Origin: Amoebidium appalachense
Taxonomy: Eukaryota; Protista; Ichthyosporea
Assembly: GCA_963693365.1 (NCBI GenBank)
Contig: CAVNZM010000005.1
Span: forward strand, 7,262,710 to 7,326,709
Reading direction: 5' to 3'
DNA length: 64,000 nucleotides
Shown here one piece after another: positions 45,287-64,000 of the stretch; the stretch's first letter is position 1; each line of letters opens with the position of its first letter. The notes beneath the pieces are model-generated. The model was given only the letters and a program-made list of their open reading frames with translations, was not told the DNA's origin and did no database searches. The position numbers and the translations under genes are program-made.

Positions 45287-48200
45287 TACACACACACACA
45301 CACACACAACACCGTATACACACACACACACACACACGCACGCATACGCACACGCACACGCACACGCACACGCACACGCACACGCACACGCACACGCACA
45401 CGCACACGCACACGCGCGCGCGCGTGTCCATGGGGCGCAAGCGCATTCGCGAGAATGGCCAAACAGAAACGAAGGAAGGGGAAAAAAAGAAATGGTCACC
45501 ATTTCAGCCGACATCATACATATCTGCACATGGGGATTTATGCTGTTTACTCGAGGCACAAGAGATTAGTCTCAGGTATGGGAGGGTTTTGTGCACACAC
45601 GTCAATGCACCAGAAGCCCTTGAAGCACACCATGGTACATGTACCGGAAAAAGCACAGCTTATCATTAACACCAATTGTTTTGTTTACACAGAACACGAC
45701 ACGCCATGGCCATCCGATGAGGCATGGTACACACACCAAAAATCACGAACACGCTCTACACAGTCACACACACACATGCTGCTCATGCATGCAGCACACA
45801 CGTGCGCACACACACCCTTCCACCCATACACACGCACACACAAACACACACACATACAGACACACGCACACACAAACACGCACACTTCAGGCACACACAC
45901 ACGCGCACACACACAAACGTTAACACATACACAAGGATCACACCTCGGCACTGCATGCGCATGCAAGCGTACGTGCACCAGTGCACATGCACGCACAAGT
46001 ACACACAGGCACACACCACCGGCGCCACATTGTACTTGACTGTTCCAGTGGCACTGTGTATGGTTTTTCGAACACGTGCAGCTACCATACCATACATAAT
46101 GTGTATGGATTTCGTCAGCAAGAAGTACAATGAGGAATCGGGCGGCGGTGGAGGAGGAGGAGGAGGTGGTGGTGGTGGTGGTGGTGTTCGTGTGTGTGTG
46201 TGTGGTGGTGGTGGTGGTGGTGGTGGGGGGGGGGGGGGGGGGGGGGGGGACTGGCCCCGGGGGGGAGGGGGGGGGAGGGGTCTTTGGGGTTGATCGGATA
46301 TTATGATAATTGATTGATCGACTCTGCAGAGGGGAGGAAGGATGACATTTGACGGTCGTATCAAGTTGCAATGGACTTTGCATTTTCCAGGACACCGAAG
46401 GTTGCACTCAGCACAGTCTCTGGCGAGGATTATCAGAGCCGTACCAAGGCCTCCTTATCTATCCAGATAGATAAGGAGGCCCTGAGCCGTACCCGCACAA
46501 CATTTCCCAAGGTTGACCGTCTATGATCATGGTCACGGCCCTTTGAGAGAGGGCCGTGGACCTCATGGTTATGGTCATGGTGCCCATGGCAGCTGCCCAT
46601 GGCGAGATGCAATGAAGTGCCCATCCAAGCGCCCATTAGGTTCTTTTAATAGGAGTTTTGTGTGCAGAAAATAAGTATGAATAGAGTTTATTAAACAAGG
46701 AAGACACCATTTATAAATGTGGGGTTACGATGTGCTGTTTTTTTTTATGCGTTTGTGTTTTGCTTTAGCTTCGCTCACAGCTGCGTCACCCCGGCGGGGC
46801 GCCGGCGGAGGTGCGTGAGCACCGGGCAGTGACGATTTATCATCTGTGGGGGCGCAAATGACACGTGACCGGAAAAACCAGCTTTTACATAGCTTGCGTG
46901 GGTTTTGTATTGGTTTTTGTGCACGTGTGATTTCGGACGCTTGACTAGTTTGGACTTGTAAAAATGCACAAATGGGGCTCTATACAGTTCGGCATCCTGG
47001 TAACGTACACACAAAAACTTTCGCGACGCGCCTTTCCGCGCAGTCGTTTGTACGTTTTCACCAGTCACAACCGATCTCTCGTCGCTTTGTTAGTAATCTT
47101 CTGCTCATTTTTTCAAGGTTAGTGCTGTTGTTGTTTTTTTTATTCTGCTCTTGGCTTTATTGTCATGTTTGGTCTTTGTTTGTGTTTTATTCTGCTCGAT
47201 GCTGCGTTTGGGCTAACGTTTTAGCACCAAAGGGAGAGTTCTCAGGGGTGATCTTATTCTCATGTGACTGTTGGTGTGGCTGCCTCTTGCACAACAGTTG
47301 CTTGTGATATTGACTTTTTCCCCTTCTTTTTATAGCTGCTACGGTAGCCCCTACTTGTTTTTCTCTTTATGGTCAAAGCCATACTTTGGAAATGCACCCA
47401 CAGTTTTCTTATCAGTGGAGGAGTACTCAGCATGCAAAGTTTGTTGACCAGAACACTCGCCCCACTGTTTCTTCCATTTTTTTTGTGTTTGTTGCTAAGA
47501 TCTGCTTCTAGTGGACATACCTTCCCTATAAAGTTTTACCAGCTACTCGCGCGTGAGTTACGTTTAGAGCACAAGGAACCAGGTGGATCTGCCGCCTTTT
47601 TACAGTTGCACCTTTCTACTCAGTGATCCTTGTCTTATCTATCGGGTTTGGAAAGGGCGTCCTGAAAATAACATAAAAAAGTGTCGTTGACAATGTTTAC
47701 TGTTCGTTTTTTTTTGTACAGGTTTTTAACGCATGTGATACACAGACACACTTCATACAATTTGGGTGTTCACGTCCAAGATCCACAAACCCACTACTCC
47801 CTGCCCACATACGTACGTGCACATAACACACACACACAAGACAATCTATGAAGTTCCAAGACCGGCAACTTGGCATACACTCCACGCTGCTGCTTACATA
47901 CTTTGTGTCGTGTGTCTCTTCTTCACGCATCACACCTCGCTCAGGTGTGTTTTTCTGTTTTGCCTTGAAACTCTCACACAACCACGGACAACCAACACAC
48001 TTTTTTTCTTAGCAAGATAACAGATCACGTGCAACACCAACTTAAAACCACCTCAACACCCCCCCTCTAAGATAAACCATATAAATGGTCTCACCTGCTT
48101 TTAACTCGCCTGCATTCTTATCCTTGCCCCTCCAGAAAAGGGCTATGCTGCTGCTGTAAACTTTCTTTGTGTGCGGTTTTGCATACCGTTTCTTTTTCTC

Positions 48201-48561
48201 CATAATGCTTCTCGTGGTATAACTGAATTCATACTATGAAGCACTTTCTACCCCCCCCCCCCCCCCCCCCCCCCACACACACACATACACACACCTTCCC
48301 TCTCCCACCTTCCCTCATTCTTCCCTTCTTTCTCCACCCCCTAGTCCCCACCCCTTGCCACCTCACCCCCCCACCACACACACACACACACACACACACT
48401 TACACACTGTCACACACACACACACTTTCATCCCCCCTCTCTGCCCTCCGCCCTTTCCCCTCAACCCTCTCCTCCCCCCTCCCCCCCCACCACCACCACA
48501 CACACACACACACACACAGAGACACACTTGTACACAGTCGTCCTAACCCCACACAACTACC

Positions 48562-52965
<4,404 letters not shown>

Positions 52966-53371
52966 GTCTCCTCTCGGTGACTTTATAACTGCACACAAAA
53001 CGGGGCCTGGCTCAGCTAGGACCCCATCACGACCATACTGCAAGTTTAGTGATCAGGTGTGCCTCAGTTTCTTGTTGGTATCTATTATTCACTAGTACTA
53101 CTACTGTTCGCATATCAAGAACATGAACACATTAAAGACCTCTGTGTGCAGCCATATTTCAGTCTTTAATAGGGGGTATTGTAATGCTTGTGAAGCCCCG
53201 TTTTGTGTTTTAAAGTAGACCCTGACTGCTGCTCTCATGTCTTTTCTTCCTTTGTCCGTGTGAGCTGGATTGTTGTCTTGATCTGAAGACACAAAGTCTA
53301 GGTGCAGTCCTGCAGGCCAAGAAATAAACACGGACTGAGGAGTAGTGTTCATTCAGCGTTCCCCCCCTCTC

Positions 53372-53438
<67 letters not shown>

Positions 53439-54128
53439 GGTGCACGAGGAACCATTGCATGCACTTGAGAGAGAACTGTCGATGTCTCAAGTTCGTGTCA
53501 CAGTGTTGTTACTTTCATGTTTCCTCCAACTTCACACCTCCAAAGGGGAGGGGGGCGCCCGGGGGAGGGGAAGAGAGAGAGGGAGGGAGGAGGAGGGGGG
53601 GTGGGGGGGGCTAACCCACTATTCCCTCCAACTTCACCCTTCCGATGTAGATATCTAAGAGAGAAATGGAGAGAAGGGGGGGAGGGCTGAGATTATCGAC
53701 CCACTATATTCCTTCAACTTCCAGGGGGGGGGGGGGGGGGGGGGGGGAAGCTCGATGCGGGACATGTGCCAGGAGGGGAGTGAACTTCTTGCTATCTCCC
53801 TCCTCCTGCTACCAGCTGGCCACTACTAGCCCCTCCGATCCCCGCCACATCGATCTCACATCCAAAAAAGCCTTCTACAGAGCGAAAGAGTGTGAATACC
53901 CAAAATATATCATCGGGAATGGACCTCTGAACAAACCGCTTGCCTCGTGAGTACTGCTGGGCTGAATCTCATGACGCATGCAAACAGTGCACGTGATGCA
54001 CTTGGACTGGTGAATTGGCCCGCCGTGCACGCGTGTGGAATAGGAGAGGGAAGGAGAGAAAGAAGGAGGGTGAGGGAGGGAGGAGCTCGAGAAGATCATA
54101 GAGGAGAGCTGAAGACGCTCATACACAG

Positions 54129-54220
<92 letters not shown>

Positions 54221-54499
54221 ATAGAAGGGGGGGGGGGGGGGGGGGAGGAAGAGGTAGAGGAAGGTCCGGATATCGATCCGGAGGGAGAGAGGGAGGGGGT
54301 GAGCTGGGAGGGAGGGAGGGCCGGAGGGAGGGAGGGAGGGAGAGAGAGAGCGAGAGAACGAGCTCGAGAGAGAGGGTGACAGAGTCTCAGAGAGCGCGCG
54401 GATCTGACTGGGATCTTAATAAAGTTTCTAGCTAATTAGAATATGTACCTTGCTAATATTAGAGAGGGGCATCGGACATGATAATGGGAGGGAGAGAGA

Positions 54500-54531
54500 G
54501 GACACACACACACCCCGTGCACTGTGACGCA

Positions 54532-54611
<80 letters not shown>

Positions 54612-54960
54612 GTCGTGACACACGCACACGCACACGCACACACACATGTGCACACACACACACATGTACACCACACACACACATACATACACACACACAC
54701 ATTGTGATACACACACCGTGCACACACGCGCGCGCGCGCGCGCGCTCACACAAACACACCCAGTGACAAAAGAACACAAAATCCAAATGTACACACAGAT
54801 ATATGCAAACATAAGGAGTCGCACTGAAAGACGCGTAGATCTAGAGCCAGGGTGTATTGATTAAAGCACGTGTCCGGGCACCGTGGGCCCATCGATTATC
54901 CGTTACACTCTTTCTAAGCTGGTTGGACACATAAACACACACACACACACCACACACACA
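54500..54960 (-). repeat. Interspersed repeat family B copy, inverted relative to 16120-16470
   Basis: Reverse complement: caaccagcttagaaagag..cccacggtgcccggacacgtgctttaat..atatctgtgtgtacatttg..tttgtcactgggtgtgtttg..gtgtatcacaat. Confidence 0.75.
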
Positions 54961-55358
54961 CATACCCCTCTCCCAATTACTCCACTTCAAGGAACACATG
55001 TGCAGTCCAGCTGTCTGCGGTCCTGTGGCCACCGGTCATCCGCCTCGGGCTTTTTTACTCCGTCCCTTCGAAACCTTCCTTATGGATATGTACAACAGAA
55101 GCAGTAATGCCCCTTTTTGTTCTTTGTGGCCAGTTTACAACAAGGTATGTGATAAGGAGGCCTTGGTTTACAACTTCCTGTTCATCAAAGTTATTAACGG
55201 CGCGTTGGAAACGTTTATCGAACCCTGTTTCAAGCCCAAAACATGGCCATTGATAGCACGATTGCGGTCGCTCTGGATTGGTTGAATTCAGAGCCCCGAT
55301 CCGCCAAACGTGACCTCTCTCCTTAGCGCAGTGAAAACGTCGCGGGCGCTCTGTTCAG

Positions 55359-55380
55359 TTTCTCTTCTGCCCCTCCAAAC
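55359..55380 (+). promoter_or_regulatory. Pyrimidine-rich (TOP/TCT-like) start and non-coding first exon of RPL15
   Basis: tttctcttctgcccctccaaac followed by donor gtacgt at 55381; acceptor tgcacag at 55957, 6 nt before the ATG. Confidence 0.55.
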
Positions 55381-55963
55381 GTACGTTTCCCTCTATGCTT
55401 TGCTAGGAGAATCCGCTGGGAATCCTTGAAATCCGCTGTGGATCTTTTAGTTTTTTTCATATACGTACGGTTGTTTTACGGATACGTCTGGTTACCGTAA
55501 TAAAAGCGGTTTTTTTCTTGCGTTGCCTTGGCAGGGGATAGTTGTAAGCGGATGCAGACCGGCATAGGCAGGGGGCGATTGAAGGAGAGAGGCAGAACGG
55601 AAGCCATCCAAAGATATCGCAGAGAATCCCTGCGCGTGGGACAACGTATCGGTGTACATCCGTGCCATCCGTGTCGCTGAGACTTGCCTTGCGAGCTTCC
55701 GTTCATTTTCTCTAGTACCCAACGTTCCGTATACCGAATCCGCTCTGATTGTGGGAAATTCTGATCACCCATCCTCGCATACCTTCTGGGAATGAGTACT
55801 TCTTGGCTTCTGAGTAATTTATTTTTAAAACAGTGTATTGATTGATTATTGATAGATAACATGCGTCACTGGGCAGCACAGCTTTTAACTACACCGGTTA
55901 CAGAGACCTGACCAAACGAGATCTTGGAGGTTCCACTCATGTTGGTTGCTTGCACAGGCAACC

Positions 55964-58730
55964 ATGGGAGCGTACAAGTACCTGGAGGAACTCTACAAGA
56001 GGAAGCAGTCCGATGTGCTGCGCTTCCTCTGCCGCGTGAGGGCATGGCAGTTCCGCCAGCTGGCCTCCATCCACCGTGCCAGCCGCCCCACGCGCCCGGA
56101 CAAGGCCCGCCGCCTTGGCTACAAGGCCAAGCAGGGTGAGTGTTGTGTCTGTGTGCTTGTGTTGCAGGTGGAAAACCAGCAGGTGGCGGGAATATATGTA
56201 TGCCACAACGTGGAGGATTCATGCCGGCACCGTGATAGGCCGAATGACCCGGACGGTTGTCAACTGTTGGAACAGGTGGTGCCGTACGGTGGTGCGCCTG
56301 ATTGGTCGCTGGTTTGCCCCGGAACGTGTGACTGGCTTATGACGGCTGAAGCTGATAGTGAGAACTGCGAGAGCAAATTTAGATCCGGAGGACAAATGGA
56401 ATCTGTACGCTGAACGTGAGCTATGCTGAGTTCTATCCGGCTGCTGTGAGCAGCTAGCTTTTGCAGAATATAATCAGAAGGATTGTTCTTTGTCGAAGAA
56501 AGGGAAGAGAATGCCGACATTATCCCGGCAGAGATGCCAAGTGTAGTTCACCTGTTTGCTGCGTATTCTCGGCAATTTGTTGTTTCGGTCTTACATTTTA
56601 TCAATTGATTTTTGCATACTCTTGCAGGTCCTTATATTTCAACACGTCACACCTTTCCAGCTACCACCACGGATGTTTGTTCCCGTGTTTGACCCACACG
56701 CACACCCTCTCATGCGCATGCTCGCGCACGCACACGGTTACCTCTGCATAAAGTAGCAAATCCATGACTTATACTAGTATGTGCGCCCAGGCTATGTCAT
56801 CTACCGTGTGCGCGTGCGCCGCGGTAACCGCAAGCGCCCCGTGCCCAAGGGTCAGACCTACGGCAAGCCGGCCACGCACGGTGTGAACGAGCTCAAGTGG
56901 CAGAAGTCCGGCCAGGCCCTGGCTGAGATGCGCGCTGGCCGTGCCTGCGGCAATCTGCGCGTGCTCAACAGCTACTGGGTTGTGCAGGTGTGTGTGCGCA
57001 CGCTGTGCTTGTGTGTTCTGGTAGCTTTTGGTGGGGGAGGCTGATGGGCGTAAAATACAGGTGGGTTTGATGAATACTGAATGTGCTTTCTGCAGTCGAC
57101 CGGGGTAGGGTGCTGGGGCTGCTACGGACATATGCTGTATGCTTGATTGAGAGGGATAATTTTGGGAAAATCAGAAAGAAGTGTGGTGTGCTGGGGAGGG
57201 TAGAGTGTGGGTTATCAGCAAAGATCTGCCAACTCCATATTGCAACTGGGTGGATATTCTGTTTTCAAGGGGTATATCTAACAGGCGCCGGGCAAGTTGT
57301 TGCCGTTGGGTGCAAGTGGATAGGGATGGGAGCAGGGTTGTGGTATCAGCACTCAGCCACCGTCAGTGCGGTGGTATCTTCTGGTGCATATTGTCGGAAT
57401 CGACGTTCGTGACAAAAATCTTTTTTTGCCGGTAAAGACGTGGTGTTTGCCTTCTGGGCCGTCGTCCCACTCTTTGAGGGTAATATATCGTTTTGACACT
57501 TCGGAAAGACTCTCAATCATCCTGGTGGTACAGTTCGGCTCTTGGGTGGCACAGACTTGTGTTCGTTCCAATTATGTTGTAGTGTTTTTGAGAGTGACGG
57601 CTGTGTGCACAGGACGCCACGTACAAGTACTTCGAGGTTATCATGGTTGATCCCCAGCATAAGGCCATCCGCCGCGATCCTACCATCAACTGGATCTGCA
57701 AGGCCGTGCACAAGCGCCGTGAGCAGGTGTGTGCAGTGATGGGACTGGGTAATGGGGGTAGGGGTTGGTGTGGCAGGTAGCCGTGCGGGACGGCTGAGGG
57801 AAAGGAAACATCATGGCTTATTTGTGGTGGTTTTGGTGGGGAGGGGGGCAGGCTGGTAGGATACATAGTGTTCTATTCGTGTTGGTATGTCCGGGGGGGG
57901 GGGGGGGGCAAGGCTGGTAGAGGTCTTCCCCCCCTCCCCCCCTGATAGGCTTTTTTCAAATATCATCACCCTGCACCATTTTGGTAGTTGGATACTTAGG
58001 TGTGTGTGTGAAGGAAGTTCGTGGCATTGAGCCCTTGCATACACGTGTGATTGCATGCACAATGTATGCCGTTTTAGGCAACACATTTAATATATGCTCC
58101 ATTTTAGTAGCATGTGTTTGTGGCGCAGTGTTTACGTACCGTGGTGTGTGTGTGTGTGTGTGTGATTGTTGAGCATACCCGTCATGGGCACTGTGTGTGT
58201 GTATTCTATGCATTACTGATGTTGCATAGCTGAGCGCACCCTTTCCAACATCATGATCCCCCTCCTCATCTTCCTTGCTCCTTGGGAATGAGTTCAACAC
58301 GCGTGTATTGCTTGTTTGTGCTTTACTGGATCTGTTATGAGCTTGCACCTCGTGATGTGTACTGTGCACACACACAAACACACAATCTTCTACAACACAA
58401 TGTGATTGCTTTGCCAAGTCTACAGTTTTGTCTGTGATGTGTACTGCACATAGCTCTCCGATTTTGCCCTTCCTCCATGCGCAATAGGGACACATTTGAA
58501 ACTCAATATTGCTCACGCCCCCTAAAAAATCATCTGCACTCCTATGTCCCCCACTGCCATATATCATATCTAACATTGCCCCGTCACCCCATCAGCGTGG
58601 CCTGACCTCTGCTGGCCGCAAGAACCGCGGTGTCACTGGCCGTGGCCACTTGTACAACAAGACCAAGGGCTCCAGCCGCCGCGCCACGTGGAAGCGCAAC
58701 AACGTCCTGTCCCTCCGCCGCTACCGCTAG
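55964..58730 (+). CDS. RPL15: 60S ribosomal protein L15 (eL15), 205 aa
   Basis: Exons 55964-56135, 56791-56987, 57613-57726, 58596-58730. [99 protein letters not shown]. Confidence 0.98.
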
Positions 58731-59245
58731 ATGCGGTCGTGCGTGGGCTAGGGCGAATAAATTGCCGCTGCCACAAACTTGGTGTGCATTGTGTGGTCCC
58801 CTGGCACCTGAAACCCTTTTTGGTGCGCGGGGGGGGGAGGTGAAGCCCGTGTGGTGGGTGGACGTGTGTGGGGGGGGGGGGGTAGTGATTGCTGCGGCAA
58901 CAGCGTGTAAAATGACGGATTGTGGTGCTCAAAGTTGGAGTGCGCTGACACCCTCTTACGGATACGTGAAGACACGGCTCATAGGCGAGGAGGGAGGGAG
59001 AGGGAGGCATGTGCACACACATACACAGGTGTGTGTGTGTGATTGAGTGGATGAACGAGCAAGAGTTATTCTTAGCTATCACTGAGATCGACCAAAAAGT
59101 GCGACAGCATTCATGCACATGTGTAGGGAGGGGGGGGGGGGCATACTTTGCAAGCAGCAAACCATATACCCATCCGATAAAGACCTCTACCCTCACACCA
59201 TCCTACTCCGCCATATCCCTCGGCAGCACAGCCGTGAACACGTAT

Positions 59246-59299
<54 letters not shown>

Positions 59300-60266
59300 C
59301 CCAAAGCCGCCACCACCACCCAAAAAAAAATAAAAAAATTATATTTTCTGTTGAAGGTCACATATTCCCACGAATTATCAATCCCGATCTATCTAATATT
59401 GCCTCCCCTTGCCCTCTCTGGGGATCATTGCTAATTGGCCGCTCCGCCCCCCCTCGCCCCCCTCTCTCAAGATCTCTCTCAAGATCTCTCTCACCCTCCC
59501 CCCCCCCCCCCCCCCCCCCCCCCGGCCCCCATCTTCATTCCCAGAAATAGATATATCTCAACATGTTATTGCCAACACCAAGTTTCCTCACATGTAGAAA
59601 TTCGCCCGCACAGAAATCACACACGCGGTTTGTTTTTGGTCTAGCCACCACTTACCGTAATCCAACGCATACGGAGTCCGACATATGTGCATAGGAGCGA
59701 CGTATTCATGCGCGCGTGTGTGTGCGTGTGTGTGTACGTCAGTGTGTGTGCACGTATGTGCACCTGCATGTGCATCACATTGTGTCTGTGCGAGTGTGTG
59801 TCTGCATGTTTGTGTTAGTGTGTGGGGGGGGATGGGTGAGTACCAGTGCGTGTATGGTGTGTGTGGGTGCGGGTGTGCTTGATAATGTACGTTCCTGCAT
59901 GTGTACACACGTGTGTATGTGTGTTTGTCTGTGTGTGTCTGTGTGTGTGTGTTCGCGCGCGCTGTGTGTCTAGACACATGTGTGTGTGTTTGTGTGGGGG
60001 GTGGAGGGTGGGGGGGTGCGTGCCGTGTGGGTGTGGGGAACTTCGTGCAGGTGGACGTGTGGGTGTGCGTGGGTGTGCGCGTACGGGCACTGCCTGCGCA
60101 TGCATGTGTACAGGTGCACGTGTCACATGATGTGCGTATGTGTGTGTGTCTGTGCGCGCCTGCATGTGTGTGCGTGTGTACAGACATGTGCGTGGTGTGT
60201 GTACACATGTGCGCGCAGGCGTGTGTGTGCATGTACGTGTGTGTGAGCACGTGTGTGACACGGTCA

Positions 60267-60428
<162 letters not shown>

Positions 60429-60727
60429 TTAAAACCGATTATTATAGTGAAGTAAAGGACTACGTAGGTCCTGATCATGAAAATAAAAAAAAAAGCCGCT
60501 CGCATGCAGGAAAGAAAGATGGTTATAATTAGTCTTAATAGTGTGTTACAAAGATCAACCGTAGTTGACAGCAGTAGCAGTATTCATTGCATATGGGGAT
60601 TACGGGCATCAGTATGTTAACAAACTCAGTCTTGAACTTCGTTGAACGACAGGTGACTCTGTCGGTAATATCAAAAATACCCCCCCCCCCCCCCCCCCCC
60701 CCCCCACCACCACCACCAAAAAAAAAG

Positions 60728-60789
<62 letters not shown>

Positions 60790-61310
60790 TGCGCCCTGCC
60801 TTGTTCCCTCGGGAAAAATAAAAATAAAAATAGATATTCACCTGGCCATGGAGCCCACGAAACCCAAATGCACTGCATTGAATTGTGGGGGGGGGGGGGG
60901 GGGGGGGGGGAGGGGGGCGGGCAAGGCACCTCCCTACCCATTTTTTTTTCTCGCGAGGAGAGAAAATTGCTTTTGGCGGGAGATTGCGCATCAAAACAGA
61001 GGCAGAGTCTTTATTTCAATAGGTTTATAGATTAACTACGCCTAGACCAATGAGGTTTAACACTAAGACTAAAACAATTTAATTCATACGAAAAGAATTC
61101 CAAAAAATTAAATTTTCTCTCTAATCTTATGCAAGGTCAAGGGGGCTCTGGCCAGCATGACCCCAGTCACATAGTTTGAGGAAATGGCCAAGTGTACAGT
61201 TAGAGCACAATTAGACTTTCTTGCATACAAAGCTGGCCAATGAATAGGCACCATAAAGGCAGCATCAGCTGTCGACATTTACACGTGGCACCTTGTGAGT
61301 GCGCACCGAA

Positions 61311-61346
<36 letters not shown>

Positions 61347-61511
61347 ACCACCACCATCCAACCTGCTGTGAGCCAACTGATCTGCTAACAGCAGGATTTC
61401 ATTCTATAAACTTCCACTCACTACTACATGCATAAGCCAAACAGGCACTTTTCAGCCCTAACATTTGTTAAACTTTTGAGTGGACACTACATCTCAGGCC
61501 TTTCCCATGTC

Positions 61512-63683
61512 CTAAACACCCGGTCCTGCTATCAACTTCCCCACCACCCCTTTCAGCTCTGTGTATGCGTGCTCCACGTCATCATTCACAACCACATAAT
61601 CACGGTTACGAGGGTCGTCTCCGTATGCAAGTGTGTCCCGGACAGTCGCAAGACGCTCTTGCAGGTCCTTCTCAGTTTCTGTTCCTCGCTGTGAAGGGAA
61701 GGGAGGGGGGGGGGGGAGGTAGGTCAGTATTGCGGTACCTAGACAGCACAAAGAACAAATGCGACGACGACCGCTTAAAAACATTAAATGAAGAGGAAAC
61801 GAACGAACCATAAAAGTTGAAGAACCAGGCCATTTTCAAGGGTCCGCGTCATACACACAGAAAAGCGCGGGGGAAGGCGGGGGTGGAAGGGGCCGGGGGG
61901 GGGGGGGGGGGGGGGGGGGTTGAATGCGGAACACGGTACGAAGTACGCGTACACGACGAGAAGCATGGTGCAGGACACATGCGAAGGCAAACATACAAGT
62001 ATGCAACATCAGCCATGTGCACAGTATGCGTCATAAGCAGAGCCCATCCTCAGGGAGGACCCAAGTCATCAATTGCGTCTGAGTTTCAACCCCTTAGCCC
62101 GCGTATGGGCGGGGGGAGGAGACAGAGAGACGCGAGATAGAGAGAGGAGTACGTGTGTTAATTTACACATCCAGGAAGCAGGAGTGACCCAACTCCCCAC
62201 ATAGCCATTACCTCGCAGGTCCGCCCTACGTATAATTTAGTTTTTGTGTCTTTCGGGTTACGTGTCCCAAAATGGGTTGTTCTGCACGAATGCAGCTGCA
62301 TCTACGTGCATTCATGTCATACACTATGCACATAAACCACGTGCGCGTGTTCTCGACAGCTACTGCATAATGGTATGTGCCCAGCACACATTCAATTTGT
62401 GTGAAAATGACAAGAGCTCGCACCTTTCTGAGTCTTTCTTCCAGAATTTCGTAGCTTGGTGGCCGTATAAAGAGGTAGTTCGAAAGGGGGTTCAAAGAGG
62501 ATGCCTTGACTAGCTTCACCCCGCACACCTCCAAATCCAGAACGCACAACTGCGATTCCCAACGTGGGTATGTGTCAGTCTACAATCGCTCACTTTCTGA
62601 AGTCGAACAAACCATCCGTGGTCGACAACAACCCTCCCCCCCCCCCCCCCCCCCCCCCCTCCACCTGCAACCTCGGCTTCTAACAGGTTTACGCAAAGGG
62701 ATGTGTGGGGTGTTGTTTTGTGTACACTGGGTGTGTGTATTTTATCTGGTAAGGAAAAATGCAAGGCGAGGCGGGGGGAAGGGGGGGGCGGGGATGGAGA
62801 GGGCGCAAAAGGGGAAGGGAGGAGGGGAGGTGGGGGGTGATGAGAAGGTTGGAAAAAAGAGGAGCAAGGGGATAAAGGATATACCTTGTTCCGGGTGGTG
62901 ATGTCGTTCACTGACTTATAGCTGGTGCCGTAGAGGTTTCCAGAAAACTGCACGTGCTCAATGAAAGCCTGAGCAGCTATCTCCCTCTGCATGACCTCTC
63001 TGCTGACAAAGTGGTAGTCCACACCGTCTCTCTCACCTGGACGAGGCTTTCTTGTTGTGTCTGCAGGGATCCCAGATGAGAAACGGGAGGCAGAAGAGGT
63101 GTACGAGTTTGTTTTGCGGGAAAGGGCTGCGGGCAGAAGTGGGGGGGATGGGAGGGGGTTGGGAGGAGAAGGGGGGGGTGTGGGGATGAACGATGCTATG
63201 TGGCTATGAGAGAAAAAGGGCTGTGCCGAGGATTTGGATTGGTTGGCAGCCACATGTGCCCGATGGTAGGGTGACGACGTTTTGTGTTTGGCCGTGTGGT
63301 GGTGGAAATGGTGTGGGGGAGGGGGAGTGGGGGGAGGTGGCAAGGGGGATAGGAGTTGGTGATAGAAGGCCGAAGATTGCGAAGGATGGGAGAAGGAATG
63401 TGGGCGCTGAATCGTTGTAGAAGTATGCCAGCCTTCTATAACGATTAATAACACCGCCAACAAGGCTCAACAGTGTGCCTAAGAAAACCGGAGCTCTGGG
63501 CACAGAATTTGGTGCATTTTCTTGTTTTTTGCCTCTTTCTTTTTAAGTTGGAGTTGGTTACTTACGAGAAACACTGAAGCTCAGGGAGTTCTTGAAGTCC
63601 AGCAGAAGCCGCTTGAGCAGCGTGCTCTTTCCGGCACCCGAGGGACCAAAGATCACAAGAACAGAGGGTTTTGTAACAAGCAT
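61512..63683 (-). CDS. GUK1: Guanylate kinase, 198 aa
   Basis: Minus-strand exons 63683-63566, 63060-62885, 62549-62424, 61688-61512. P-loop [64 protein letters not shown]. Confidence 0.95.
61897..62055 (-). repeat. Family A copy on the minus strand, in GUK1 intron 3 (sense to the gene)
   Basis: Reverse complement reads ccctgaggatgggctctgcttatgacgcatact..gtacttcgtaccgtgttccgcattcaa then a C-run. Confidence 0.75.
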
Positions 63684-64000
63684 GCTGGCAATGAATGCAC
63701 CTTTGTCACTGAATGGTAAAGGAGCAACTTAGACTTTTCATACGGCTTCCAGAAACATGCAGGTTACAGCCACTCTGTATAGACTGCTAATACCCTGTGT
63801 GTCTCTAATAGGATACATATGTCTCCAATGGAGAGTACATGTAAGTGCTTGTCTATCTCTACACGTGTCACAGTCGCCAGTACCCTTGCTTGTGCACGTG
63901 CAAACTCGTGCACACGGACTCAAGTCACCGTGTTTCTCGTTTTGTTTGCGCTATCCCTCGATAGTATCGTTCCCTCGATAATGCTTTAGTGTCAACGATC

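Noticed and set aside
56411-56422. gaacgtgagct resembling a large-subunit rRNA word
   Set aside because: Too short and in sense orientation, so neither an rRNA gene nor a guide; no rRNA or tRNA genes recognised in the window.

Overview
Intron-rich eukaryotic genomic DNA. It is probably an opisthokont, and a unicellular holozoan is my guess from the 14-3-3, RPL15 and UBE2T sequences and intron positions (inference only). Introns and spacers are saturated with poly-C/poly-G runs and (CA)/(GT)/(GA) microsatellites, which produce nearly all ORFs in the supplied track. I spliced seven genes by hand: (1) the 3' part of a Q/P/G/Y-rich protein resembling the UBAP2/Lingerer C-terminus (+); (2) a secreted LysM-CAP-CAP protein (+); (3) a 20-exon, ~1766-aa secreted mosaic protein, PAN-PAN-PA14-Ig-like-VWD-EGFx5-Cys-rich-3x bacterial-type CBM-like (+); (4) UBE2T with an E2F/CCAAT/CRE promoter (+); (5) 14-3-3 (+); (6) RPL15 (+); (7) guanylate kinase (-). 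Four signals stand out. (a) Some non-coding patches have inverted dinucleotide asymmetries and read like host splice sites and exons when complemented WITHOUT reversal ('mirror' DNA; artefact or foreign DNA not excluded). (b) A ~110-nt intronic element occurs in about 13 copies, always sense to the host gene and usually running into poly-C, but it partly resembles the Oxford Nanopore adapter. (c) A second repeat family is embedded in GT microsatellites. (d) Bacterial-type domains are packaged as symmetric phase-1 exons. All counts are hand counts; no searches were run.
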